64,000 nt of DNA from an uncultured Candidatus Saccharibacteria bacterium (GTDB lineage Bacteria; Patescibacteriota; Minisyncoccia; Phycocordibacterales; UBA6065): the NCBI GenBank assembly GCA_964368835.1, contig CAYJCZ010000002.1, positions 19,893 to 83,892 on the forward strand, given 5' to 3'. Positions 25,204 to 34,750 of this stretch are shown here, in pieces. Made by a program: the position numbers and the translations under genes. Position 1 is the first letter of the stretch. Each line of letters starts with the position of its first letter. The notes under the pieces were generated by a model that ran no database searches, was not told where the DNA came from, and saw only the letters and a program-made list of their open reading frames with translations.

Positions 25204-26310
25204 ATGACTTATGCACTAGCTTGGAAATCAGAGTCAGAGGCGTTTTTGGCGGCAGATACCGCTCTAACTAGTGCGCCGGATCCTAAAACTCAAAATATCA
25301 CGCAATCAAGTTTTGGGCAGGATCATGTTGTAAATGAAGAAGGCAAGAAAGTAGAGGAAAGAGTGGTTAAGTTGTTTTTGAAGAAAAACATAGGAGTTGT
25401 GTTTGCTGGTAATTATTCTACGGCACTAGAAATTATAGGATCATTCTACGAGGAGATAGATCGAGGAAAAAATCCTACTGATTCTTTAAATGAAGCCTTG
25501 TTCAAGAATGTTATTCCATCAGGAAAGACAGTTCAATTGGCAATTGCCTATTATGATCAAGGGCCCAAGATTTTATCCTTTAATGCCAATCATGACTTTC
25601 AAATTAAAGAAGAGGAACGGATCCAAATTGGTAACCCATTACCAATTCATAGGAAGTTATCGGAAGATTGGTTTAAAGATATAAATTCAAAAATAAACGG
25701 AAGACCGTCTTTAAATCTCACGGCCTTTCTTGGTGTTTTCCAAAGTTATAATTTGTTTAGCCCGCAAATGGAGAGGGGAATAGGTGGGGCATTTTGTGGT
25801 CTTTATATTGATAAATCGGGAGGCAGGTGGCAGCCAGATATTCTATTTATTGAATATGGTGGAGATGCTGAAAAGCTTGTGAGTACTTGTTTTAGGCATG
25901 ATTGTCTGGTTGTTAGTTCACCTGTAATCGGTCAGAGTCGATGTCTTGTAAGTTTTTTACCTTCACAGACGCAGGCGTTCTTATTAGGACAGGCGAAGAA
26001 AGCGGTTGAGAAGGGAAAAAAGTTATATAAATCTGCTGAGTTCGAATACATAGTTATTTTGGGGGTTAAAAGCGTAACGGTGACTGTGATAGAGATGAGG
26101 AGAAATCTAAAGCACGTTTTTATTTGGTTGGCGCATTATGTTGACCGTGGTCGGAATCGTGATGGGTTGAAAATTGCGATGTTTCCAAAACTGAAAGAGA
26201 TTATACTTAATCCCGAGTCGAAGCTCACGGTTATAGATTATATAAAATCGGACGTTAAAGAGATTCCTGAAGAGAAGATCCTAAGGAAACATATTTCCTA
26301 TGATTTATAA
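25204..26310 (+). CDS. Protein with N-terminal HslV/proteasome-beta-like Ntn-hydrolase domain plus an about 190-aa C-terminal extension of unknown function
   Basis: Begins MTYALAWKSESEAFLAADTALTS (Thr directly after Met, Asp at position 17). Then GKKVEERVVKLFLKKNIGVVFAGNYSTALEIIGSFYEEI parallels the HslV segment [34 protein letters not shown]. The GSG region is degenerate. Confidence 0.45.
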   Translation: MTYALAWKSESEAFLAADTALTSAPDPKTQNITQSSFGQDHVVNEEGKKVEERVVKLFLKKNIGVVFAGNYSTALEIIGSFYEEIDRGKNPTDSLNEALFKNVIPSGKTVQLAIAYYDQGPKILSFNANHDFQIKEEERIQIGNPLPIHRKLSEDWFKDINSKINGRPSLNLTAFLGVFQSYNLFSPQMERGIGGAFCGLYIDKSGGRWQPDILFIEYGGDAEKLVSTCFRHDCLVVSSPVIGQSRCLVSFLPSQTQAFLLGQAKKAVEKGKKLYKSAEFEYIVILGVKSVTVTVIEMRRNLKHVFIWLAHYVDRGRNRDGLKIAMFPKLKEIILNPESKLTVIDYIKSDVKEIPEEKILRKHISYDL

Positions 26311-27226
26311 GATTGAACATAAAATCCTAACCCTCTCTCAAAATGCGGTTATGAATCAGCAGGGAACCCCTCCGGGTTTTGTAGCAGAAGGAATTACCTT
26401 TTCTCATTGGGATTTTAACTATATTGAGGGCTGGAAATATGATTTTTGGCTTGCTGAAGGGGAGATTGATGCATCTAATGCTGCAGATGCAATAAATCAA
26501 TTTAGAAAATCGTTAGAACGGGTTGTAGTTCGTGTTGCCTTAATAGGACAGAGCTATATTGAATATGATTTAGAACCTTGGTTGGTAAGAAAAGAGGGTA
26601 GTGACACATTCCTTTATCGTCACATTAATGATGGATCGGGAGTGGGTCTAATGTTTCAAGAAGAAGATAGAAAAGCATTACAAAAACTTCTTGAAAACAA
26701 AAAGATTCCCGAAGCTTTTTATTATTATTGGAATGACGCGGTGAATTCCATTGGATATTGCCCCAAATTACTTTTGATGTTTTCAGCCATTGAATCTTTA
26801 GTTAAAAAGGATAATGGCAAAAAGGATTGGGATAAAATTAAAAAGATTCTCGGAGAGGATTTGGCTGCTGACTTATTTGGTACCAAAGGAGAGACTCATC
26901 TCGGGTTAAGAAATAGGCTGGTGCACGGAGAGTATTTCGATAAGACGGATACAGGAAAGAATTATTTAGAGCTAGTGCATAAAAAAGTAATATCTTATTT
27001 TAATGATGAGATCATTAAGGAAAATCTGATAACTCTTGATATAGTTCATCCCCAAAGACATTTTTTTGGTAACAAAACAGGTGGTTTTGTATTTTTGAAT
27101 AAAAAGTCAAAGGATTTGAATCTAGATCTTAAATATATTTCATCAACGTTTGGAGAAAATGGTCCTAAAAATGATGAGCGGTATGAAATAGTCTATTTAG
27201 GTAAGCCCGCATCAGAGGTGTATTAG
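26300..27226 (+). CDS. Hypothetical protein with C-terminal HEPN-like Rx4H motif (LRNRLVHGEY)
   Basis: 308 aa. Overlaps the upstream gene by 11 nt, which fits an operon. The RNxxxH motif sits in a predicted helical C-terminal region and resembles Abi/DUF4145-type HEPN domains. Confidence 0.35.
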   Translation: MIYKIEHKILTLSQNAVMNQQGTPPGFVAEGITFSHWDFNYIEGWKYDFWLAEGEIDASNAADAINQFRKSLERVVVRVALIGQSYIEYDLEPWLVRKEGSDTFLYRHINDGSGVGLMFQEEDRKALQKLLENKKIPEAFYYYWNDAVNSIGYCPKLLLMFSAIESLVKKDNGKKDWDKIKKILGEDLAADLFGTKGETHLGLRNRLVHGEYFDKTDTGKNYLELVHKKVISYFNDEIIKENLITLDIVHPQRHFFGNKTGGFVFLNKKSKDLNLDLKYISSTFGENGPKNDERYEIVYLGKPASEVY

Positions 27227-27413
27227 ATATTTTCTAGTGATAGTTTTTATGTTTATAAATTATCCGTGAGCGTAAACTACCCAGCAATTCTCTTTTTTCG
27301 TTAGTCTGACCTTCCTTGAGGATGTATTTGGCGTAATTCTTTATGTCAGTTTTCTTAACGAAAGTTAGCTACGATTAGCCAAAAATTGACAAAGGTGTAG
27401 TATTTAATTCGCA

Positions 27414-27959
27414 GTGATTAAATTTAAAGAGTGTATAGATAAGCTGGCTAATAGGCTTCATATCAGGAAAGATCGAATTCTCCCGTTTCTCTTTGCTGTT
27501 AGTCTAACTATTGTATTTTTTCTCGACTCGACTTATTTCAATAATCGGGCACTTTATGTCCTTGCGATACTCGCACTTCTCGCGCTTGCTACTGTCGTTT
27601 CGATAATCGCCATACAAGCAGGTTTTACTATTTTGAAATCTTTGTTTCTGTTGAGTGCAGAGCTCTCCTTGCTTTTCCTTCTTGCACAATCATATTGCGA
27701 TGCAACGTCAGTTGCATCAGCAGGGGATAACGCTCTCCGAACTCTTGTAGGTCTTGGAATTGCATACATATCATATCGATTCTATGTCGAGCTTAAAGAA
27801 GCGCTTAAGAAAAAACTCGAGAGCCTTCCTCAGAAAGGATGGCCGAAAGAGAAGGTGATTGTAGTCCTAATCTTCCTCTTTTACGCTTTCGTATTTATCT
27901 ACGGAATCTATCAGGTTGTCAGCCCAATCGTCCTAGACCTTTGCGTATTTAAACGATAA
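27414..27959 (+). CDS. Hypothetical membrane protein (about 5 TM)
   Basis: Hydrophobic helices throughout, 181 aa. Confidence 0.4.
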   Translation: MIKFKECIDKLANRLHIRKDRILPFLFAVSLTIVFFLDSTYFNNRALYVLAILALLALATVVSIIAIQAGFTILKSLFLLSAELSLLFLLAQSYCDATSVASAGDNALRTLVGLGIAYISYRFYVELKEALKKKLESLPQKGWPKEKVIVVLIFLFYAFVFIYGIYQVVSPIVLDLCVFKR

Positions 27960-28201
27960 AAAGACCCCGTCCCATGTACTTCGGAAGCGACCTCAAAAAT
28001 CTGCTAGAATATCCTTACTGGGTAACGAACTCTAGGTACCATACCCGAGTAGCCCGCTACAAAAACTTTCTTTCGGGGTGACCCGAGTATGCCAGGTCAT
28101 TTATATGGCGCAACAGTGGTTTTCATTGTATTGTAAATTACATATTTATTGGCCCGTAATCGATAGCGCGAGGCTGATTTATAAGTAAAAATAAATCAAA
28201 T

Positions 28202-28486
28202 ATGAAAAATCTAAGTGTTCAAAAATCAAATCTCCTTTTAATGGTCTTGTACGTATCAGTTGCTGTTTTGTTTGGATTTCTGGGAATTAAAGGAGTAGCT
28301 TCTCCAATCCTTCTCTTTGGATGGGCACTTCATGTTGTTGGCTTATTTGTCGTGAGTATTTGGAGGAAGATTAAGGGTTTGGGAGCAAGGGAGTACGTTG
28401 GTGTTGCCATGATGGTTATTGCATTCCAGATTGCGCTTTATTTTGTTACTTTTTTAATGTGTTACGAGCGCGGGTGTATCATCTAG
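28202..28486 (+). CDS. Small membrane protein (94 aa)
   Basis: Three hydrophobic helices. Confidence 0.35.
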   Translation: MKNLSVQKSNLLLMVLYVSVAVLFGFLGIKGVASPILLFGWALHVVGLFVVSIWRKIKGLGAREYVGVAMMVIAFQIALYFVTFLMCYERGCII

Positions 28487-28548
28487 AACGTAGTAGTGTA
28501 GTCGGGCTAGTTTTAACGCATTCTGCTAGAATGTGTCTCTGTTAACTT

Positions 28549-29523
28549 ATGTCAAAATCACAAGAAAATTCGATAGTTATTAAAAATCTTACCAAATCGT
28601 TCAAGGATCTTCAGGTCTTGAAGGGTATTAATCTTGTTGTACCAAAGGGCAAAATGCTTGCTCTTTTGGGTCCAAACGGCGCCGGCAAGACAACGACCGT
28701 TCGTATTCTCTCTACGCTTCTCAAACCAGACGGAGGGGAAGTCACTATCGAGGGCGTAGACCTTTTCAAAAATCCAAACAGAATCCGACACCTCATTGGC
28801 CTTACAGGTCAGTACGCGGCTGTTGACGAATATCTCACGGGCGAAGAAAACATCATCATGATGGGTGAGCTTTATCATCTCGGAAAGGCTGAAAGCAAAA
28901 AGCGCGCACAGGAACTCTTAAAGCAGTTTGATCTTGTTGAAGCTGGAAACAGGAAAGCAAAAACTTATTCAGGAGGTATGAAGCGACGACTCGACCTTGC
29001 GCTATCGCTCGTTGCGACTCCGCCGGTAATATTTCTCGATGAGCCTACGACGGGACTTGATCCTCGTTCTCGAATCGCAATGTGGAATGTGATTGAGCGA
29101 CTCATGAAAGACGGCGCGACAATTCTTCTTACAACGCAGTATTTGGAAGAGGCAGATAAACTCGCTGACAAAATTGCGGTGATTGATCATGGACGCGTGA
29201 TTGCCGAAGGAACCGCTGACGAGTTGAAGGCGCAAGTGGGAAGTGATCATCTTGAGCTTGTGATTTCAGGCAAGAGCAATCTTGAAAACGCTTTGCGTGA
29301 AGTAGGCGGCGAAGCAAAGTCTGATGCTGTTGAACGTATTATATCTGTGCCTCTAGCGCATGGTGTTAAGGATGTAAAAATGATCCTCGACAAACTCGAG
29401 CGTGCAGGAATTGAAATTGATTCTATGGCGGTCCTAAAGCCAACTCTCGACGATGTATTCCTCAAACTTACCGGTCACGGCGCACTCCATGATGCAAGCG
29501 AGGATAAGAAGGCTAAAAAATAA
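28549..29523 (+). CDS. ABC transporter ATP-binding protein (DrrA-like, ABC-2 type exporter)
   Basis: Walker A GPNGAGKTT, signature YSGGMKRRL, Walker B IFLDEPTTGLD, plus a C-terminal domain. Confidence 0.9.
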   Translation: MSKSQENSIVIKNLTKSFKDLQVLKGINLVVPKGKMLALLGPNGAGKTTTVRILSTLLKPDGGEVTIEGVDLFKNPNRIRHLIGLTGQYAAVDEYLTGEENIIMMGELYHLGKAESKKRAQELLKQFDLVEAGNRKAKTYSGGMKRRLDLALSLVATPPVIFLDEPTTGLDPRSRIAMWNVIERLMKDGATILLTTQYLEEADKLADKIAVIDHGRVIAEGTADELKAQVGSDHLELVISGKSNLENALREVGGEAKSDAVERIISVPLAHGVKDVKMILDKLERAGIEIDSMAVLKPTLDDVFLKLTGHGALHDASEDKKAKK

Positions 29524-29527
29524 ATCT

Positions 29528-30349
29528 ATGAACGACACACCTCTTACAATTCAAAAGACAGAAGGAATACCAGAGCGAAGCGGCATTTTGTGGGCGCTTA
29601 ATGATTCGCGCATTCTTATACAGCGCAGCTTGCGACATATTTTCCGAAATATGGACCAGCTTTTGTCTTTGGCGATTCAGCCAATAATGTTTATGCTTTT
29701 GTTCCGCTATGTATTCGGTGGGGCAATCGCAACTGAAGGAACAACATACGTAAACTTCCTCGTAGCTGGAATTTTGATCCAAACAGCAGCATTCGGAGCG
29801 ACAACGACGGCACTTTCTGTTGCTACTGACCTTACCCGAGGAATCGTCGACAGACTCAAATCATTGCCGATCGTAAGCTCAGCAGTGCTCACGGGACATG
29901 TGTTTGCTGATCTCGTGCGAAACGTTATTTCGTCAGCGGTTATGATTGCAGTCGCATTCCTCGTAGGCTTCAGACCAACAGCTTCATTTACAGAATGGCT
30001 CCTTATTTTAGGAATACTTCTACTCTTTACACTCGCATTCTCATGGGTTTCTGCAATTTTGGGATTGCTTGCAAAAAGCATCGAAGCGGTTCAGTGGCTT
30101 ACCTTTATGCTCGTGTTTCCTTTGACGTTCGCGAGCGCAGCGTTCGTACCAACAGATTCAATGCCAAAGTTTTTGCGCATATTTGCTGAAAACCAGCCGA
30201 TTACGCATGTGATTGAAGCTATGCGATCCCTTATGGTGGGCACACCGATGGGTAATCACGGCATCGCCGCTGTGATTTGGTGCGTTGCGATTATACTTAT
30301 AGCTGTTCCACTCGCGACATATCTTTTCCGAACACGAGTGTCAAAATAG
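29528..30349 (+). CDS. ABC-2 family transporter permease
   Basis: Six predicted TMs. The start is set to the ATG (MNDTPLTIQK) 5 nt after the ATPase stop. Confidence 0.75.
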   Translation: MNDTPLTIQKTEGIPERSGILWALNDSRILIQRSLRHIFRNMDQLLSLAIQPIMFMLLFRYVFGGAIATEGTTYVNFLVAGILIQTAAFGATTTALSVATDLTRGIVDRLKSLPIVSSAVLTGHVFADLVRNVISSAVMIAVAFLVGFRPTASFTEWLLILGILLLFTLAFSWVSAILGLLAKSIEAVQWLTFMLVFPLTFASAAFVPTDSMPKFLRIFAENQPITHVIEAMRSLMVGTPMGNHGIAAVIWCVAIILIAVPLATYLFRTRVSK

Positions 30350-30354
30350 GTCGT

Positions 30355-31260
30355 ATGGTACACGTCATGAAAACTCTTTGGAAGACAATTCTCTTTCTTG
30401 TCATAATCGGTACTTTTTCATATTCTATTTTCCTTCTGGTTGCGGGTCCTTGTTATGCGCCAAAAGAGTACTCGATGGGTGTGTACGACGAGCGATTTTC
30501 TGTGACGGAGGCGGAATTTATTGCTGCCGCTCAAGCTGCCGAAAAAATCTGGGAAGATGCGATAGGCAAGGATCTGTTTTCATACAGTGAATCAGGTGAT
30601 CTGGCTATTAATCTTATTTTTGATGAAAGACAGGAGACTGCGCTCAAGAATAAAAGTCTTGAGTCAAAAGTGGATGCTACAGAGAATTCTGCAAAATCTA
30701 TACGCGCACAATTCGAAGATCTCAGGAATCGTTATGAGTCTGAAAGCGCGTCGTATTCGGTAATGGCTGATGAGTACAAAATGCAGCAAGAAGCATATTC
30801 TAATAATGTGGATTATTGGAATGACCAAGGTGGGGCGCCAAAGAAAGAGTATGAAGATCTTCAGAGACAGAAGAGTGCGCTCCAAATTGCACAGGGTACT
30901 CTCGAAGCAAAGAGAATTAAGGTTAATTCGCTCGCGACAGAAGTAAATAATCTTGTCTCAAAATATAATTATCTTGTAAATCAGGCTAATTCTGATATCG
31001 AAAAGATAAACCAAACAGCAGATAAAGAATTCGAGCAGGGAGAATACGTGTCTTCGGGCATCAATGAGCAGATAAATATTTATGAGTTTTATACAAAAGA
31101 TGAACTTGTGCGTATTCTCGCGCATGAGTTTGGTCACGCGTTAGGTGCAGATCACAACGATAATCCGGATTCAATCCTGTATTACTTGAATGAGGGAACA
31201 GGACTTACAGCATCTGCCGAAGATATTCGAGACATAAAGAAGGTTTGCCGCATGAAGTAG
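30355..31260 (+). CDS. Membrane-anchored metzincin-type zinc metalloprotease with coiled-coil region
   Basis: N-terminal TM (ILFLVIIGTFSYSIFLLVAG), a long Q/E/K-rich helical middle, and C-terminal HEFGHALGADH (HExxHxxGxxH) followed by SILYY, a Met-turn-like segment. Confidence 0.6.
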   Translation: MVHVMKTLWKTILFLVIIGTFSYSIFLLVAGPCYAPKEYSMGVYDERFSVTEAEFIAAAQAAEKIWEDAIGKDLFSYSESGDLAINLIFDERQETALKNKSLESKVDATENSAKSIRAQFEDLRNRYESESASYSVMADEYKMQQEAYSNNVDYWNDQGGAPKKEYEDLQRQKSALQIAQGTLEAKRIKVNSLATEVNNLVSKYNYLVNQANSDIEKINQTADKEFEQGEYVSSGINEQINIYEFYTKDELVRILAHEFGHALGADHNDNPDSILYYLNEGTGLTASAEDIRDIKKVCRMK

Positions 31261-31261
31261 T

Positions 31262-31939
31262 TTAGTGAGCGATGGCGACAAGAAGAACTCTTCTTGCGCC
31301 TGCTTCTAGGAGGGCACGTTTTGCCTCTTGTAGTGTTGCGCCTGTTGTTGTGATGTCATCGAGGACAATGATATTTCGACCATGGACTGCTCCGGGATTT
31401 GATACTGAAAAGCATTGAGCAAGGTTTTGAAACCGTTCTTTTCGACCTTTTCCAACTTGATCACCAGTCTTTTTTATTTTCACGAGAGTATTCGATGATG
31501 TTTCAAAGGTTTTGCCGCGCGATGCGACTTCAATTGCATCCACAAACAGCTCGCACTGGTTCCATCCACGCTCACGAATAGATTTTCGCGTCATGGGTAT
31601 AGGTAAGAGGAGGGGATTTTTAAAATTTTCAAATGTATCTAGGTCCTCGAGCTCTGCAACAAGAAGCTCATACAGAACGCATCCGAGCAGTTTTGCAATT
31701 TTCCTGTTGGCATATGACTTCACTTCGAGAATCGCCGCTTTCACAAGAGGATCTTTGTATACAAAAAATGAAAGTACGCCGTCAGTAAGTGCCACTTTTT
31801 GTCTTTGGGCCCTGTTTAGGAAATCTGCCGGACTCAGAGACTCAATTTCTCGTATAAAAGGGTCGGGCGGGGCAATAGTGTCTACTAAAAAGCCTCCCAT
31901 TTTTGCGCAAACGACTCGCACGTGTTGATAAAGTGACAT
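31262..31939 (-). CDS. ComF-family protein / phosphoribosyltransferase-domain protein (ComFC-like)
   Basis: C-terminal PRTase motif IIVLDDITTTGATLQEA, 225 aa. Confidence 0.65.
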   Translation of the reverse strand: MSLYQHVRVVCAKMGGFLVDTIAPPDPFIREIESLSPADFLNRAQRQKVALTDGVLSFFVYKDPLVKAAILEVKSYANRKIAKLLGCVLYELLVAELEDLDTFENFKNPLLLPIPMTRKSIRERGWNQCELFVDAIEVASRGKTFETSSNTLVKIKKTGDQVGKGRKERFQNLAQCFSVSNPGAVHGRNIIVLDDITTTGATLQEAKRALLEAGARRVLLVAIAH

Positions 31940-32024
31940 GTAAGCAGTCTAGAACAGCACGATAAAATAAAAATAAAGGTATAGAGCAAGCCATTATCGC
32001 GTGATATACTACTCTGGTATGCCT

Positions 32025-33140
32025 ATGAACTTCCTCACAAATCTCTTCGGTAAAAAGGGCCAAAGCGTTGTCGGTATAGACATTGGCTCTTCATCTATAA
32101 AAGTAGTCCAGCTGCGTAAGAAAGGCGGAAAGGCTGTGCTTGAAACGTATGGAGAACTCGCACTCGGTCCTTATGCTGGTATTGAAATCGGTCGAGCAAC
32201 AAATCTTCCGATGGAAAAGATTGCCGAAGCTCTCAAGGATCTTCTCAAGGAAGCAAATGTGACAACAAAAGCTTCTGGTATCTCGATTGCTTCATCATCG
32301 AGTCTGCTTTCATTTATTCGAATGCCTGATACCGATCCAAAGCAGCTCGCGACTATGATTCCAATGGAAGCGCGCAAGTATATTCCTGTGCCTATCACAG
32401 AGGTCGCCCTTGATTGGTCAATTATTCCAAGGCAGGAGAATTCATTTTCAGAGTTTGAAAAGGCTCCTGCACCAGGGGAAGTGCCAAAGGAAAAGACCGT
32501 CGATGTGCTTTTGGTGGTTATTCATAACGATGTGTTAAGCCATCTCAACCAGATATCAACAAACTCTGGACTTGAATCATCGTTTTTTGAAATCGAGATC
32601 TTTAGCTCGATGAGGTCAGTTGTTGATCAAAATCTCGAGACTGTCATGATTTTTGATATGGGAGCGGGTTCAACAAAACTCTATGTTATCGAGAGGGGAA
32701 CATTGCGCGCATCACATACAGTTAACCGAGGATCACAAGAGATCACTCTTGCTCTATCAAGATCACTTGGCGTTAGTGTTGGTGACGCAGAACACATCAA
32801 GCGCACAATTGGTATTTCAAAAGAGCCAGATAACAAAAATATTGATGATGTTATCGCGCTTAATCTGGATTATATTTTCACAGAAACAAACCGCGTCATC
32901 GCAAGCTTTGAGCGAAAGTATAATAAGAGCATTTCAAAGGTAGTTCTTACCGGAGGAGGTTCGCTTCTTCATGGATTTCTTGACATCGCTCGTCAGCGTT
33001 TCCAGACTGAGGTTGTTTTAGGTGATCCATTCTCGAAAACTGAAGCGCCAGCATTTCTCGAGCCAGTTCTTAAAACAGCAGGTCCAGAATTTTCAGTAGC
33101 GATAGGTGTTGCCCTCCGAAAACTTCAGGAATCAGAATAA
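32025..33140 (+). CDS. pilM: Type IV pilus assembly ATPase-like protein PilM
   Basis: Actin-like fold motifs (VGIDIGSSSIKVVQL ... DMGAGSTKLYV ... LTGGGS). Confidence 0.8.
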   Translation: MNFLTNLFGKKGQSVVGIDIGSSSIKVVQLRKKGGKAVLETYGELALGPYAGIEIGRATNLPMEKIAEALKDLLKEANVTTKASGISIASSSSLLSFIRMPDTDPKQLATMIPMEARKYIPVPITEVALDWSIIPRQENSFSEFEKAPAPGEVPKEKTVDVLLVVIHNDVLSHLNQISTNSGLESSFFEIEIFSSMRSVVDQNLETVMIFDMGAGSTKLYVIERGTLRASHTVNRGSQEITLALSRSLGVSVGDAEHIKRTIGISKEPDNKNIDDVIALNLDYIFTETNRVIASFERKYNKSISKVVLTGGGSLLHGFLDIARQRFQTEVVLGDPFSKTEAPAFLEPVLKTAGPEFSVAIGVALRKLQESE

Positions 33141-33213
33141 TTATTAGGAATTCTTGGCTCCTGTGGATAGCGGTTATGCCAAGTAGATGTATAATGGTTG
33201 AGTACTAAGCACC

Positions 33214-33849
33214 ATGGATCCTCGATTTCAAACATCGTTCATACCAAAGAAACCAATCATCGCTGCAACTGGCAAAGTTGCTGCGCCGATTAATCTTTTT
33301 TCACTCATAGCAACAATCTTTTTTGTATTTGCTCTTGTTCTTACGGGTGGTGCATTTTTCTACAAACAGCTAGTCATAAAGCAAATTGAATCAAGCAAGC
33401 AGGCACTTGAAGACGCAAAGGGTGCTTTTGAGCCTGAGGTCATAAAAGATCTCATTCGTCTCGATTCAAGACTCGAAGCAGGTAAGTCTCTTATCGAAAA
33501 CCACGTTGCGGTAACACCTCTTTTCGATTTTCTCTCATCTGTAACCCTTAAATCAGTTCGATTCAAGGATTTTACTTTTGAATATCTTGCTTCTGACAGA
33601 ATTCAGGTGGAGATGAAGGGTCAAGCACAGAATTATGCTTCAGTTGCACTCCAAGCGGATCTCTTTAGTGAGCAAGCAAGCTTGAGGGATACTGTGCTCA
33701 GCGATATGACACTCGAGCCAACGGGAACCATTTCATTTAATGTAGTGACAGTCGTAGATCCTAGTGTTGTTTCGTATTCTGCGCTTTTCGTACCAGCAGA
33801 TACAACAGAGACCGCACCAACAGAGCCGGATAATACACCATTAGAATAA
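33214..33849 (+). CDS. PilN-like pilus assembly protein
   Basis: Single N-terminal TM followed by a coiled-coil/periplasmic domain, in the position after pilM. Confidence 0.5.
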   Translation: MDPRFQTSFIPKKPIIAATGKVAAPINLFSLIATIFFVFALVLTGGAFFYKQLVIKQIESSKQALEDAKGAFEPEVIKDLIRLDSRLEAGKSLIENHVAVTPLFDFLSSVTLKSVRFKDFTFEYLASDRIQVEMKGQAQNYASVALQADLFSEQASLRDTVLSDMTLEPTGTISFNVVTVVDPSVVSYSALFVPADTTETAPTEPDNTPLE

Positions 33850-33856
33850 ACCGAGT

Positions 33857-34390
33857 ATGAATCATCTAATCTCAGTCGTTGTAATAGTTGCATCCCTCGG
33901 CCTCTTCTTTGGCTATGTTGATCCTCAGTACATGGAGATCAAGACTCTTAAGGCTGAACGAGAAAGCTATGACGAGGCGCTCAACAACTCAAAGAGCCTT
34001 CAGGAGGAGAGAGACAGACTTATTGCAAAGCTTGATGGTATGCCGGACGCTGATCTCCAGGCCCTCACAAAGCTTTTGCCTAACGACATTGATAATGTGC
34101 GTCTTATCATCGATATCGATGAAATGGCAAAGGCCTACAATATGAGGATCAGGAACTTTAAGACAGATGTTGCAGAGAAGAAAGATACTATTGGTAGAGA
34201 TAACAGCACATACGGCACACTTACTCTAAACTTCTCTACATCTGCTTCATATACAACATTCCTTGCATTCATGCGAGATCTCGAGCGAAGCCTTCGTATT
34301 ATAGATGTGTCATCGATTAGCTTTGCTGCCGTAGAGACAAATCCGCTCTACGACTATAATGTGACCATTAAGACGTATTGGCTTAAGTAA
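33857..34390 (+). CDS. PilO-like pilus assembly protein
   Basis: N-terminal TM, coiled coil, then an alpha/beta domain. Gene order M-N-O. Confidence 0.5.
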   Translation: MNHLISVVVIVASLGLFFGYVDPQYMEIKTLKAERESYDEALNNSKSLQEERDRLIAKLDGMPDADLQALTKLLPNDIDNVRLIIDIDEMAKAYNMRIRNFKTDVAEKKDTIGRDNSTYGTLTLNFSTSASYTTFLAFMRDLERSLRIIDVSSISFAAVETNPLYDYNVTIKTYWLK

Positions 34391-34402
34391 TCACCCACAC
34401 AT

Positions 34403-34729
34403 ATGATTAATAACGAAAATATAAAGAATTTGGTGATCGGGGGAGTACTGTTTGTTTTCATGGTACTTGGCGCGTATTTCTATGTGAACCGTACACCGTA
34501 TGTGGACGAGGCTCTACTTACTTCAGTTACCAACAATCCAAGCTCAGCGACCATGGAAGGTAACTTTATTGCCGCTCTTAACTCTCTCAAGAGGCTAAAG
34601 CTCGACGACTCTGTTTTCAGGAGTGCTGCATGGACATCATTTACTGATTTTGGACGCACTCTTGCTCCACAACCAAAGGGACGAACTAATCCTTTTGCAC
34701 CGATTGGTGCAAGCGAAGCTGCCGAATAA
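34403..34729 (+). CDS. Small TM protein in pilus operon (PilP-like position)
   Basis: N-terminal TM, 108 aa. Confidence 0.3.
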   Translation: MINNENIKNLVIGGVLFVFMVLGAYFYVNRTPYVDEALLTSVTNNPSSATMEGNFIAALNSLKRLKLDDSVFRSAAWTSFTDFGRTLAPQPKGRTNPFAPIGASEAAE

Positions 34730-34750
34730 TCTGCGCGAAAGCGCCATACT

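Noticed and set aside
27999-28532. Shared 11-mer tctgctagaat upstream of genes 28202 and 28549, a possible common operator
   Set aside because: An 11-mer recurrence is expected many times by chance in a 64-kb window. No palindromic structure.
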